Of a stretch of 64,000 nucleotides of DNA, positions 47,501 to 56,599 are shown piece by piece. The position numbers and the translations under genes were made by a program. The notes beneath the pieces were generated by a model. That model was not told where the DNA came from. It did not search any database and was given only the letters and a program-made list of their open reading frames with translations. The stretch is from an uncultured Lachnospiraceae bacterium (GTDB lineage Bacteria > Bacillota > Clostridia > Lachnospirales > Lachnospiraceae): NCBI GenBank assembly GCA_944383325.1, contig CALWPC010000050.1, positions 60,235 through 124,234 on the forward strand. Direction: 5' to 3'. Every line of letters begins with the position of its first letter. The first letter of the stretch is position 1.

Positions 47501-49008
47501 GTTTTCAGCATGACGAGAGCTCGGATAGCACTTTAAAAACGGATTTGCAGAATCAGGATCTCACCAATCTGTTTTCCGGTCTTGCCGTCGTCCGGGTGGA
47601 GAATCAGAAGGTTGGAAACTTGACGGTTCAAAAAGAGGTGTTGGGAGAAGAGGCCCCTGAGGCGGCGTCGTTTACTTTTCAGCTTTCGCTGAGCGACAGT
47701 GTGGGCGCGCCGCTTACGCAATCTTATCAGGCAACCAGGTATCTGACAGACGGCGGGCAGGAAAATATGACGGTGAAAAACGGCGACACGTTCCAGTTAA
47801 AGGATGGTGAAAAAATCGTTATTTTGGATCTTCCGGCGGGCGCGGACTATCAGGTTGAGGAAATCAATATACCATCGGGATTTACGCCGAGTGTGCTTCA
47901 GAATCAGGACGTTGATGCCAAGGACGGAAATATGGCTTTGGGCAGTATTTCGCATCGTATGCAGGAGAGCGTCACGTTTTATAATGCTTATTCCAGTGAT
48001 GCCGTGGCAGTGCTGAATGGGGTGAAGCGTCTTAGCGGACGGATGATTGGACAGGAGGATGTTTTTGAATTTCAGTTGTCTGCTGCTGATGATGCGACCT
48101 CGGAAGCCATTGAGGCGGGAGATGTAGTGCTTGGCGAGGGCGCTGATTTCGTTTCGGTAACCGGAGACGGCAGCAGTGAGACGGCGAGTTTCTCATTTCC
48201 CGAAGTACGCTTCCGAGAGCCGGGACAGTATTGTTTTTATATTGCAGAGGTGGTGCCGGCAGAGCATCCGGGAATGACCTATGATACACACAAAACAAAG
48301 GTCACGGTGAATGTTTTACGGGACGAAGCCGGTGGTCTTATGAGAGCTGTTGTTTCTTATGATAATACGGGTGCTCCGATAGCGGATGACCGGGAGGTTA
48401 CCGACCGGGCATCGTTTACAAATCAAATTACAGGTGAGTTTTCTTTCCGAAAGGTAGACAGGGGGCATCAGCCGGTAGAAGGTGCGCGGTTTGCACTGTA
48501 CCGCCTGGACTGTGAAAATACGGATCATGATCACAGCGGCGAAAACGATGAGCTTTTGGTGGGAGCAAACGGAGCTTTTGAGGAAGCATATCTGTATTCG
48601 GAATGTTGGACATTGATACAGACCGAGATGTCGGCGCCTGATACCGGACTTGTGCAATTTTCGGATATTCCCATTGTCGGAGAGTATCGTTTAGTAGAAG
48701 TGTTGGTTCCCGACGGCTTTATGAATCCGGGCGGACAGTGGAAAGTCGAGTACAGTGATCTCGACGGCAAATTCGGTCCGAAAGCCGGCGGCGACGCCAG
48801 TGTGGGCAATCCGCCTGCCATTGGAGTAGATGAAGAGGGCGTATATTATATTTTCAATTATCGTCCGAGCGCATTGCCGTTTGCGGGGAACAAAGGAATT
48901 GTTTGTTTCATGGCGGTTGGCGGCGTCATTATGGCAGCCGGGGGCACCGGATTGCTGTGCGCTATTCGAAAAAGGCGCCGGTTGATGCACAGAGCTGATC
49001 TTGACTGA
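44575..49008 (+). CDS. Large sortase-anchored pilus tip adhesin (fibro-slime/PA14-like domain + multiple Cna-B/SpaA-type isopeptide domains)
   Basis: ATG at 44575 follows AAGGGAG. Signal peptide [30 protein letters not shown]. Fibro-slime block [23 protein letters not shown]...[10 protein letters not shown]. Repeated Cna-B signatures ([68 protein letters not shown]). C-terminal LPFAG, hydrophobic helix and RKRRR. Confidence 0.85.
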   Translation: [1477 protein letters not shown]

Positions 49009-49106
49009 GAAGACAGACGGAAGGAACTTTGTGGAATATGGGTGATGATATTCACCTTGTAAATAAAACACCATATTCAAAATGATATTTAAGGGGGAAT
49101 GATTTT

Positions 49107-50726
49107 ATGACAACGAACACAAAAACCGCATTTTATAAAATGTGGGCAGTATGCCTGGCATTGGCGCTAGTGCTGTCGATGAGCATCACGGCATTTGCCA
49201 GTATTACGCAAGATACAACCGGTCAATTTACCGTAACCGGGTTTGATACGGATCCGTCACTCAAAATAGAAGTGTCTGCGTTTCAAATTATTACAGTCAA
49301 TGTAGATAATCAAGCCGGACAGCCTGCTTATCCGATGTACACGTGGAATGCGAACGTAGCCGCATGGATGCGGACGAATGGGTATGAGCAGTACATTAAT
49401 GATACTCTTGGGAAAAATGCGGTAGCCGATCAGTTTGATCCTGAGCAAATAGCAGCTAAAGATATGACTGTCTTTCTGGAAAAGATAACTGCGGCTATCA
49501 AGGCGGGAACGATTTTATTAACTGCAACTAAAACGGTTGAAGCGTCTGAGGGCAGCGCAGTCTTTACAGAGATGCCGATGGGAGAGTATTTGATTACCGC
49601 CAAAGGAGGCGTGAAGATTTATCAGCCTACCACGGCCGAACTGGTGCCCCGGGAAACGGAAGGAGAATGGGAGATCGTCGGGGAAGAGTATGAGATGAAA
49701 AGCACGGATCCTGGAATTACCGAAAAGGAAGGCTCTACGGAGGAAGGTGATCAGACCGTTGCAATCGGCGATACGGTCAATTATATGCTGACAGTTCGCG
49801 TGCCCTCTTATCCGGCAGATGCGTCGCACACAAAATTTGAAGTCAGCGACAGCATGAGCAGCGGCCTGACGTTTGACGGAGCCGATTCGATTCAGGTTTA
49901 TAGTGACAAGGAAAAAACAAATCCTATATCTGACGACAATTATACTGTGACTGTTCCTTCAGAAACACGGACATTCTCCATTGCGTTTAAAGACCAATTT
50001 ACGAGAAACACAGAGCTTACGACGATTTATATTGTATATTCGGCGACGGTCAACCCTTTTGCTTTTGAAGAGGATGCTCTCGGCAACCAGGCGTTCCTGG
50101 GATATAGCAATGATCCGTATACAGAGTCGGATTATGAAACGCCGGGACCTGAGGAGGATGTATATACATATGGCATTGCGCTGACAAAGATTGACAAGGA
50201 TCATAATTCTGTCACAGCAGCAGACGGGGATAAACGCGCGCAGTTTACTCTTTCCGATAATGGCACTGCACTGACGTTTACCGAGACGGAGACGGACGGG
50301 GTTTATCGCTATGATGCAAACGGTTCGACGACCTTGGAGGTAGCTGCAGACGGCACACTGCTGCTTCAGGGGTTGGATGAGGGCACCTATATTTTAAAAG
50401 AGACGCAGGCTCCGGAAGGATATGTTCTTCCGACGGGTGAAATCACGATTGTCATTACGGATCAGGAAGACGGCGCGGCCGATGGAATGATTGATGCAGC
50501 GAATGTGACAAGCAGCGGAACAATTACAATTTGTGATCCGTCGGTGGTTGATAATGCCAAGAACGTGGTTGATTTTCATGTGGTGAATACAAGCTCGGAG
50601 GACGCGGGCTTTACGCTTCCTGTCACAGGCGGCATGGGTACGCTGATTTTTACGGTGGCCGGTGTGCTGCTGATGGCGGGCGCTGTAGTAATGGTTGTCC
50701 TTGCGAAAAAGAAACAGGTACAATAA
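49107..50726 (+). CDS. LPXTG-anchored major (backbone) pilin, SpaH/EbpB-like
   Basis: Signal peptide. Pilin-motif-like VRVPSYPADASHTK. E-box YILKETQAPEGY. Sorting signal LPVTG, hydrophobic helix and KKKQ. Confidence 0.8.
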   Translation: MTTNTKTAFYKMWAVCLALALVLSMSITAFASITQDTTGQFTVTGFDTDPSLKIEVSAFQIITVNVDNQAGQPAYPMYTWNANVAAWMRTNGYEQYINDTLGKNAVADQFDPEQIAAKDMTVFLEKITAAIKAGTILLTATKTVEASEGSAVFTEMPMGEYLITAKGGVKIYQPTTAELVPRETEGEWEIVGEEYEMKSTDPGITEKEGSTEEGDQTVAIGDTVNYMLTVRVPSYPADASHTKFEVSDSMSSGLTFDGADSIQVYSDKEKTNPISDDNYTVTVPSETRTFSIAFKDQFTRNTELTTIYIVYSATVNPFAFEEDALGNQAFLGYSNDPYTESDYETPGPEEDVYTYGIALTKIDKDHNSVTAADGDKRAQFTLSDNGTALTFTETETDGVYRYDANGSTTLEVAADGTLLLQGLDEGTYILKETQAPEGYVLPTGEITIVITDQEDGAADGMIDAANVTSSGTITICDPSVVDNAKNVVDFHVVNTSSEDAGFTLPVTGGMGTLIFTVAGVLLMAGAVVMVVLAKKKQVQ

Positions 50727-50766
50727 ACGGCATAAAATAAAAATATATAAATGGGTTTTATCTGGT

Positions 50767-51627
50767 ATGACAAAAAACAGAATCAGGAAAAAGAAAAACC
50801 CGTGGGTATTCCTGGCGCCCCTGCTGATTTTTGCAGTAGGCGCCGGGATTTTCATTTATCCTGCGGCAAGTAATTTTCTGGCGGAGCGCAATCAGCAGCA
50901 TATAATACACACTTATCAGAAAACCGTCGAGGAAACGAGCCGGGACGTGCTCGATAACGCATGGGCTGAGGCAATTACTTACAACGAAAATCTGGCGGGG
51001 GATCCGGTTCATGATCCTTTTGTCATGGGAAGCGGTTATGTCCTTCCAGAAAATTATGAGGAAGTGTTAAATATAGACGGTGATGGAGTGATGGGTTATA
51101 TCGAAATTCCGAAAATCGGCGTTTTGCTTCCGATTTATCACGGAACGGATGAAGATGTGCTTGCAAAGGGCGCAGGTCATCTGGATGTGACGGCGCTCCC
51201 GATTGGGGGAGAGGGATTGCATTCGGTGATCAGCGCTCACCGGGGATTGCCAAGCGCTCAATTATTTACCAGGTTGGATGAGCTAGAGATCGGGGATGTC
51301 TTTTATGTTCATGTTCTGGATGCCGTTCTTGCGTATGAGGTGGATCAGACGGAGGTGATTTTGCCGGAGGAACTCGGTTTGTTGGAGCCGGAGGACGGCA
51401 GAGATCTGATGACGCTTCTGACATGTACACCGTACGCGGTAAATACCCACCGCCTGCTTGTGCGGGGAGAGAGGGTTCCTTATGAAGAAACGGTTGCGGA
51501 GGACATCAATGAAAGCAGGACAGTGGATGCGGACAAATCCTGGCGAAAGGAGTATTTGTATTCAGCTATAGCCGGCGCGGTGTTTCTTAGCGTGTGCATT
51601 GTTGTTCTAAAAAGAAGAAAAAAGTAA
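50767..51627 (+). CDS. Class C (pilin-polymerising) sortase 1
   Basis: N-terminal TM. HIIHTYQ lid region, VISAHRG, TLLTCTPYAVNTHRLLVRGERV, and a C-terminal TM anchor, typical of class C. Confidence 0.9.
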   Translation: MTKNRIRKKKNPWVFLAPLLIFAVGAGIFIYPAASNFLAERNQQHIIHTYQKTVEETSRDVLDNAWAEAITYNENLAGDPVHDPFVMGSGYVLPENYEEVLNIDGDGVMGYIEIPKIGVLLPIYHGTDEDVLAKGAGHLDVTALPIGGEGLHSVISAHRGLPSAQLFTRLDELEIGDVFYVHVLDAVLAYEVDQTEVILPEELGLLEPEDGRDLMTLLTCTPYAVNTHRLLVRGERVPYEETVAEDINESRTVDADKSWRKEYLYSAIAGAVFLSVCIVVLKRRKK

Positions 51628-51676
51628 AAGAAAAACGCAGATCTTCTACGGCATCGGAACAGAGGGGAACGTGGAG

Positions 51677-52576
51677 ATGAAAAAAAACGTACTTTGGATG
51701 ACAGCAGGAATCTTGTTTTTTGCCGGTATACTTGTACTGGCATTTCCGACTGCGGTAAATTTGGCATATCAATATCGGAGCCAGAAGACGATCGTACAAT
51801 TTTGTGACGAGAATGCTGCGGATTCCGACACGGCGGACGATACGCTTTTTTTGCAGATGGAGGAGTATAACTTGGCGATCTATCAAAATCAGCAAAAGGA
51901 TCTCTGCGATGCATGGAGTTATCAGCAAAATATGTTTCATTTTGACGCCGCAGGCCTCGCCGACGATATGATCGGTTATCTCGTCATTGAAGCTATGGAT
52001 GTGCAAATCCCGCTGTATATCGGCGCCAGTAATGCCAATATGAGTAAGGGCGCGGCTGTTTTGGGTCAGACCAGTATGCCGATCGGCGGAGAGAATACAA
52101 ATTGTGTGATTGCCGCGCACAGAGGGTATGGAAGTGTCCCTATGTTCCGAAACATTGAGGCGCTTGAGTACGGTGATCAGGTGGTGATTACAAATTTGTG
52201 GGACACCCTGACCTATGAAGTAGTGAAAAGTATTGTGATTGATCCGGACGATATTGATGCGGTCAAGATTATTCCGGGGCAGGATTTGGTGACGCTGATT
52301 ACCTGTCATCCGTATACAAAAAATGTACAGCGGTATGTCGTGTATTGCCGGCGGGTCAGCGACGGGGAAGAAAATCAACAGCTAGTGCAGGCAACAGAGG
52401 CGCTTCCGGAAATTGCGGAATCGATTCATGGAGTGGAATATGTTTCGTCAGAAAAGGATATTCAGTTGGAAGAGCAGATGTATACGATCCGTATTTTGAC
52501 TGTCGCGGCGTCCTGCTTCGCGTTGCTGCTGTGGTTTTTTGTAAAAAAAATCAGACGGCATTTCAGACGGATGTAA
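51677..52576 (+). CDS. Class C sortase 2
   Basis: N-terminal TM. VIAAHRG, TLITCHPYTKNVQRYVVYCRRV, C-terminal TM. The ATG at 51677 follows GGGGAACGTGGAG. Confidence 0.9.
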   Translation: MKKNVLWMTAGILFFAGILVLAFPTAVNLAYQYRSQKTIVQFCDENAADSDTADDTLFLQMEEYNLAIYQNQQKDLCDAWSYQQNMFHFDAAGLADDMIGYLVIEAMDVQIPLYIGASNANMSKGAAVLGQTSMPIGGENTNCVIAAHRGYGSVPMFRNIEALEYGDQVVITNLWDTLTYEVVKSIVIDPDDIDAVKIIPGQDLVTLITCHPYTKNVQRYVVYCRRVSDGEENQQLVQATEALPEIAESIHGVEYVSSEKDIQLEEQMYTIRILTVAASCFALLLWFFVKKIRRHFRRM

Positions 52577-52582
52577 AAAAAC

Positions 52583-52611
52583 TTGCACGACGTGCATCAA
52601 AATGCTAAAAT
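52583..52611 (+). promoter_or_regulatory. Likely rnpB promoter (TTGCAC-17-TAAAAT)
   Basis: The hexamers sit 14 nt upstream of the inferred RNase P RNA 5' end. Confidence 0.55.
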
Positions 52612-52624
52612 ACATAAATAAAAT

Positions 52625-52974
52625 AAGTAGAACAGGTGATCGCGGCCGGCAGTCCGAAAGGCGCCGTCTGAGGAAAGTCCGGGCTTCACAGGGCAGGATG
52701 CCGGATAACGTCCGGTGGAGGCGACTCCAAGGAAAGTGCAACAGAAATATACCGCATGCGGATTTATTCCGCGTGTAAGGGTGGAAGGGTAGGGCAAGAG
52801 CCTACCGCTTTGCCGGCAACGGCGAAGGCATATGTAAACCCCATCCGAAGCAAAACCGTGATAAAAACAATAGATTGGCCCGATCTGTTTTTAGGTAGGT
52901 TGCTAGAGACCGTTGGCGACAACGGTTCGAGATAGATGATCACCCCCGACATAACCCGGCTTATCGTTCTGCTT
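52625..52974 (+). ncRNA. rnpB: Bacterial RNase P RNA
   Basis: Universally conserved blocks are read directly: GAGGAAAGTCCGGGC, GTAAGGGTGGAAGGGTAGGGCAAGAGCCTACC, ACATAACCCGGCTTA. The P1 helix is AAGTAGAAC (52625) pairing with GTTCTGCTT (52966). Ends are approximate to within a few nt. Confidence 0.9.
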
Positions 52975-53010
52975 ATTTTATATATCTAAGATAGGAAGAA
53001 GGCGTAACTT

Positions 53011-53226
53011 ATGATTTTTGCAGCGAACGTTTTTCCGGCTTTGACCGGAGACGAGTCCAATGCGGCAATGTTTATTGTCATTGCAGTGATTGCGGTGATT
53101 GTTGTTCTTGTACTCGCGTTTAAAGATCGGATTTTCCGGACGGGTAAAAAGGACGGGATCAGTGAAAACGGCGGCGCAACAATGACTGCAGACCAGGCAG
53201 AGGACAAAAGAAACGGCAAAGAATAA
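53011..53226 (+). CDS. Hypothetical small membrane protein
   Basis: One TM helix (AAMFIVIAVIAVIVVLVLAF) and a charged tail. Weak RBS GGAAGAAGG. No recognisable family. Confidence 0.35.
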   Translation: MIFAANVFPALTGDESNAAMFIVIAVIAVIVVLVLAFKDRIFRTGKKDGISENGGATMTADQAEDKRNGKE

Positions 53227-53235
53227 GAGGAGTAT

Positions 53236-54930
53236 ATGATGAAATCATCCGCACAATTAGAGTCGATGCTCCGGGATATTGATCATAAAGGCTATCCGGC
53301 GTATAAGTCGCTTCGGGGCAGCTACCGTTTCGGTACCTATCAGCTGTCTATTGATCATGTGCAGGGCGATCCGTTCGCCTCTCCCTCCCGTCTGACGGTT
53401 CATATCACGGATCGGGAGAGCGGTTTTTCGAGGGAGCTTTGGGCGACTGGCGACAGAAAGATTGCGTTTTGCGATTTTTTGCTGCGTCTTTTTGAGAAAG
53501 CAGTGAGGAAATACTCCTTTCAGGCGAAAGGTTCGGGAAAAAGCGGCGCGATTTTTACCACACATCCCGGTCAGCAGGTGCTTGCCCGCACGGCTTGCAC
53601 AGTCCGGGACAATACGATACTTATGCGGTTTGAGGTGGGATTTCCGGCCAATGGCCGAACGATCAATGCCAGGGAGCTCCATAAAATTCTGTTTGAGTAT
53701 CTGCCTCGCTGTGTCAGCAGTTCCATGTACAGCCGCAATATTGACCAAAAGGCGTTAAATGACGCCATTGAGCTGTATGAGGATCAGCAGGCGCTCAGGG
53801 CATATCTGTCAGGGAATCATATGGCGGCGTTTGTAGCCAACGGCGCAGTGCTGCCAAGAAAAAGCGGAGTGTCCAGTGAGCCGATGAGCACAGCGGTTCC
53901 TTTTACTTCTCCGGATTCGATGAGCGTGACGGTGGATCTGCCGCACCGGGGCAAGGTGACCGGTATGGGAATCCGCGAGGGCATCACGTTGATTACCGGG
54001 GGCGGCTATCACGGAAAGTCTACCCTGTTAAAGGCGTTGGAATCCGGCGTGTATAATCACATTGCCGGCGACGGACGTGAGTTTGTCATTACCGATGCGA
54101 CGGCGGTGAAGCTGCGGGCGGAAGAGGGGCGTGTGGTAAAAGAAGTGAACATTTCCCCGTTTATTAATCATCTGCCGGGCGGCAGAGATACCAGGTCTTT
54201 TTCGACAGAAGACGCCAGTGGAAGCACGTCTCAGGCTGCCGCGGTGATGGAGGGTATTGAGGCGGGCGCGAGGTTGTTTTTAATTGATGAAGATACCTGT
54301 GCGACGAATTTTATGGTTCGCGACGAGCTGATGCAGCGCGTCATTGCGCCGGATAAAGAGCCGATCACACCGTTTCTTGTCCGCATTCGTCCGCTGTTTG
54401 AGGATCTTGGAATTTCGACGATTTTGGTAGTCGGCAGCTCGGGAGCGTTTTTCGGCCCGGCGGATTGTGTTCTGCAGATGGATAATTACCGGGCTTTAGA
54501 TATTACACAGCGAACAAAGCAGGAAGCGAAGGCGTATGGTCTGCCGGACGTTGCAGACGACGGATTTTCATTTCCGCCGGCAGAGCGGAAACGATATGAG
54601 GCGTCTTTAAAAGGTGTTCGGCGGGGTGAACGGCCTCCGAAAATTAAGGTGCAGGGCAAGGATGCGCTCTATTATGACAAATCGCTGATTGATTTGCGCT
54701 ATGTGGAGCAGCTTGTCTGCGAGGAACAGACAAGAGCGCTCGGGTACATGCTGCTGTATCTTCACACACATTCCGATTCGGCAAAAACGCTGGCTGAACA
54801 GCTTGGCGTTCTTTACAGTAAGGCGGTGCGCGAGGGGTTGGAGAGTATTGCGAAGGCTGATTGCCCGCCGTTTATGGCCATGCCGAGAATTCAGGAAGTT
54901 TTTGCGTGTATTAACCGTTGTCGGTTTTGA
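53236..54930 (+). CDS. ABC-class ATPase domain protein (COG3044 / PF09818-like), function unknown
   Basis: LRDIDHKGYPAYKSLRGSY.F..Y.L.IDHVQGDPFASPSRL opening and Walker A-like ITGGGYHGKST match my recollection of the predicted ATPase of the ABC class family. Confidence 0.7.
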   Translation: MMKSSAQLESMLRDIDHKGYPAYKSLRGSYRFGTYQLSIDHVQGDPFASPSRLTVHITDRESGFSRELWATGDRKIAFCDFLLRLFEKAVRKYSFQAKGSGKSGAIFTTHPGQQVLARTACTVRDNTILMRFEVGFPANGRTINARELHKILFEYLPRCVSSSMYSRNIDQKALNDAIELYEDQQALRAYLSGNHMAAFVANGAVLPRKSGVSSEPMSTAVPFTSPDSMSVTVDLPHRGKVTGMGIREGITLITGGGYHGKSTLLKALESGVYNHIAGDGREFVITDATAVKLRAEEGRVVKEVNISPFINHLPGGRDTRSFSTEDASGSTSQAAAVMEGIEAGARLFLIDEDTCATNFMVRDELMQRVIAPDKEPITPFLVRIRPLFEDLGISTILVVGSSGAFFGPADCVLQMDNYRALDITQRTKQEAKAYGLPDVADDGFSFPPAERKRYEASLKGVRRGERPPKIKVQGKDALYYDKSLIDLRYVEQLVCEEQTRALGYMLLYLHTHSDSAKTLAEQLGVLYSKAVREGLESIAKADCPPFMAMPRIQEVFACINRCRF

Positions 54931-54961
54931 TCCGGTAAGGAGACAGACCGATCAGATTAAT

Positions 54962-54995
54962 AAAAACCGGTGCGCCCCTCGGCGCGCCGGTTTTT
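54962..54995. terminator. Bidirectional terminator between convergent genes
   Basis: AAAAACCGGTGCGCC CCTC GGCGCGCCGGTTTTT is a GC-rich stem flanked by an A-run and a T-run. Confidence 0.85.
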
Positions 54996-55034
54996 GTAAT
55001 TTCATGTATGATGTTTTTTGTAAGAATGCCGTTG

Positions 55035-55484
55035 TTACGATCTGCGGTCATATTTTTCTTCGCAATATTTGCAGCGATAGATCGCGCGCTCTTCGTCAGT
55101 CAACAGAAATACCTGCTTTAACTCCTGCTCTATGGATGTAATACAGCGGGGATTTTTACAGCGGATGATATTGCTGATTTTTTTTGGCAGGCGCAGCGTG
55201 CGCTTTTCCACAATTTCGCTGTCTTTAATGACATTGACGGTGATGGAGCGGTCGATAAATCCGAGAATATCAAGGTTCACCTCATCGATCGGGCATTCTA
55301 CTTTGATAATGTCTTTTTTGCCCATCAGGTTGCTGCGCGCGTTTTTGATAATGGCGACGGTGCAGTCAAAATCATTCAATCCGAGATCATGGTAGATGGC
55401 CATGCTCTTTCCTGCCGGAATATGATCCAGTACAAATCCTTCTTCTATTTTGCCGACATTTAATGTTCCCATCATTTCCTCCAT
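55035..55484 (-). CDS. pyrI: Aspartate carbamoyltransferase regulatory subunit
   Basis: LNVGKIEEGFVLDHIPAGK... and the Zn-binding C-terminus CKNPRCIT...YRCKYCE. Confidence 0.92.
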   Translation of the reverse strand: MEEMMGTLNVGKIEEGFVLDHIPAGKSMAIYHDLGLNDFDCTVAIIKNARSNLMGKKDIIKVECPIDEVNLDILGFIDRSITVNVIKDSEIVEKRTLRLPKKISNIIRCKNPRCITSIEQELKQVFLLTDEERAIYRCKYCEEKYDRRS

Positions 55485-55501
55485 TCTGGTTGTTGAGCGT
55501 T

Positions 55502-56431
55502 TTATGATGCAGCGAGCGGGTCGAGTTGCAGTAAAATAAGAATCAGCGCCATTCGGGCGTACACTCCATATTGTACCTGCTGAAAATAGACGGCTCTGGG
55601 ATCGTCGTCGACCTCGGTGGAAATTTCATTCACACGGGGCAGCGGATGGAGCACAAGCATATCGTCTTTCGCCAGTGACATTTTAGCTGCGTCGAGAATG
55701 TAGCAATCTTTCAGGCGAATGTATTCCTCCTCGTTGAAAAAGCGTTCGCGCTGTACACGGGTCATATACAGTATATCCATTTCATTCATCACGTCGTCGA
55801 GATTGCTGACTTCTTTATATGGAATCTGTCTGGCGTCGAGTACTTCCTCGCGGATGTAGTCGGGAATGCGAAGCTCGTCGGGAGAAATGAGAATAAACGA
55901 TATGTTTTCGTAGCGCGCCAATGCATGGATGAGAGAGTGAACGGTTCGGCCAAATTTCAGATCGCCGCACAGACCGATCGTCAGGTTGGTCAATCTCCCT
56001 TTGAGAGAGCGGATCGTGTGAAGATCGGTAATCGTCTGCGTGGGATGCTGATGACCGCCGTCGCCGGCGTTGATTACCGGAATCCGGGATTTTTCAGATG
56101 CGACAAGAGGGGCGCCCTCTTTCGGGTGGCGCATCGCGCAGATGTCGGCATAGCAGGATACCATGCGGATCGTGTCGCTGACACTTTCTCCCTTGGCGGC
56201 GGAACTGGAAGCCGCGCTTGAGAATCCGATGACACTGCCTCCGAGATTCAGCATGGCGGTCTCAAAGCTCAGGCGTGTGCGCGTGCTTGGCTCATAAAAG
56301 AGCGTGGCAATTTTCTTGCCGTCGCAGATATGAGCGTACGCGTCGCGGTGATGTTCAATATCCGTTGCAAGATCCATCAGATGTTCTAATTCCTCGACGG
56401 TAAAGTCGAGCGGACTCATTAAATGTCTCAT
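55502..56431 (-). CDS. pyrB: Aspartate carbamoyltransferase catalytic subunit
   Basis: From the ATG at 56431 (RBS AAGGAGGT): [11 protein letters not shown]..., [22 protein letters not shown]. 309 aa. The 233 extra N-terminal codons in the ORF track run antisense through argS and are spurious. Confidence 0.95.
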   Translation of the reverse strand: MRHLMSPLDFTVEELEHLMDLATDIEHHRDAYAHICDGKKIATLFYEPSTRTRLSFETAMLNLGGSVIGFSSAASSSAAKGESVSDTIRMVSCYADICAMRHPKEGAPLVASEKSRIPVINAGDGGHQHPTQTITDLHTIRSLKGRLTNLTIGLCGDLKFGRTVHSLIHALARYENISFILISPDELRIPDYIREEVLDARQIPYKEVSNLDDVMNEMDILYMTRVQRERFFNEEEYIRLKDCYILDAAKMSLAKDDMLVLHPLPRVNEISTEVDDDPRAVYFQQVQYGVYARMALILILLQLDPLAAS

Positions 56432-56599
56432 CGTAACCTCCTTGTTGAAAACATATGCCTCTTTGGAAAGCCTTCTGTTTTCCTTTTGATATGATACAAT
56501 AAAAGGCATGAAGATGCAATAAAAAAGAGGGAAATATATCTTGGAAAATCCGTTGAAATCCGATATAATAGCTTTGATACAAAAATGGAGGACAAGTGA

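Noticed and set aside
52448-52952. Several 60-100-aa minus-strand ORFs
   Set aside because: They overlap the RNase P RNA gene, whose conserved blocks explain the region.
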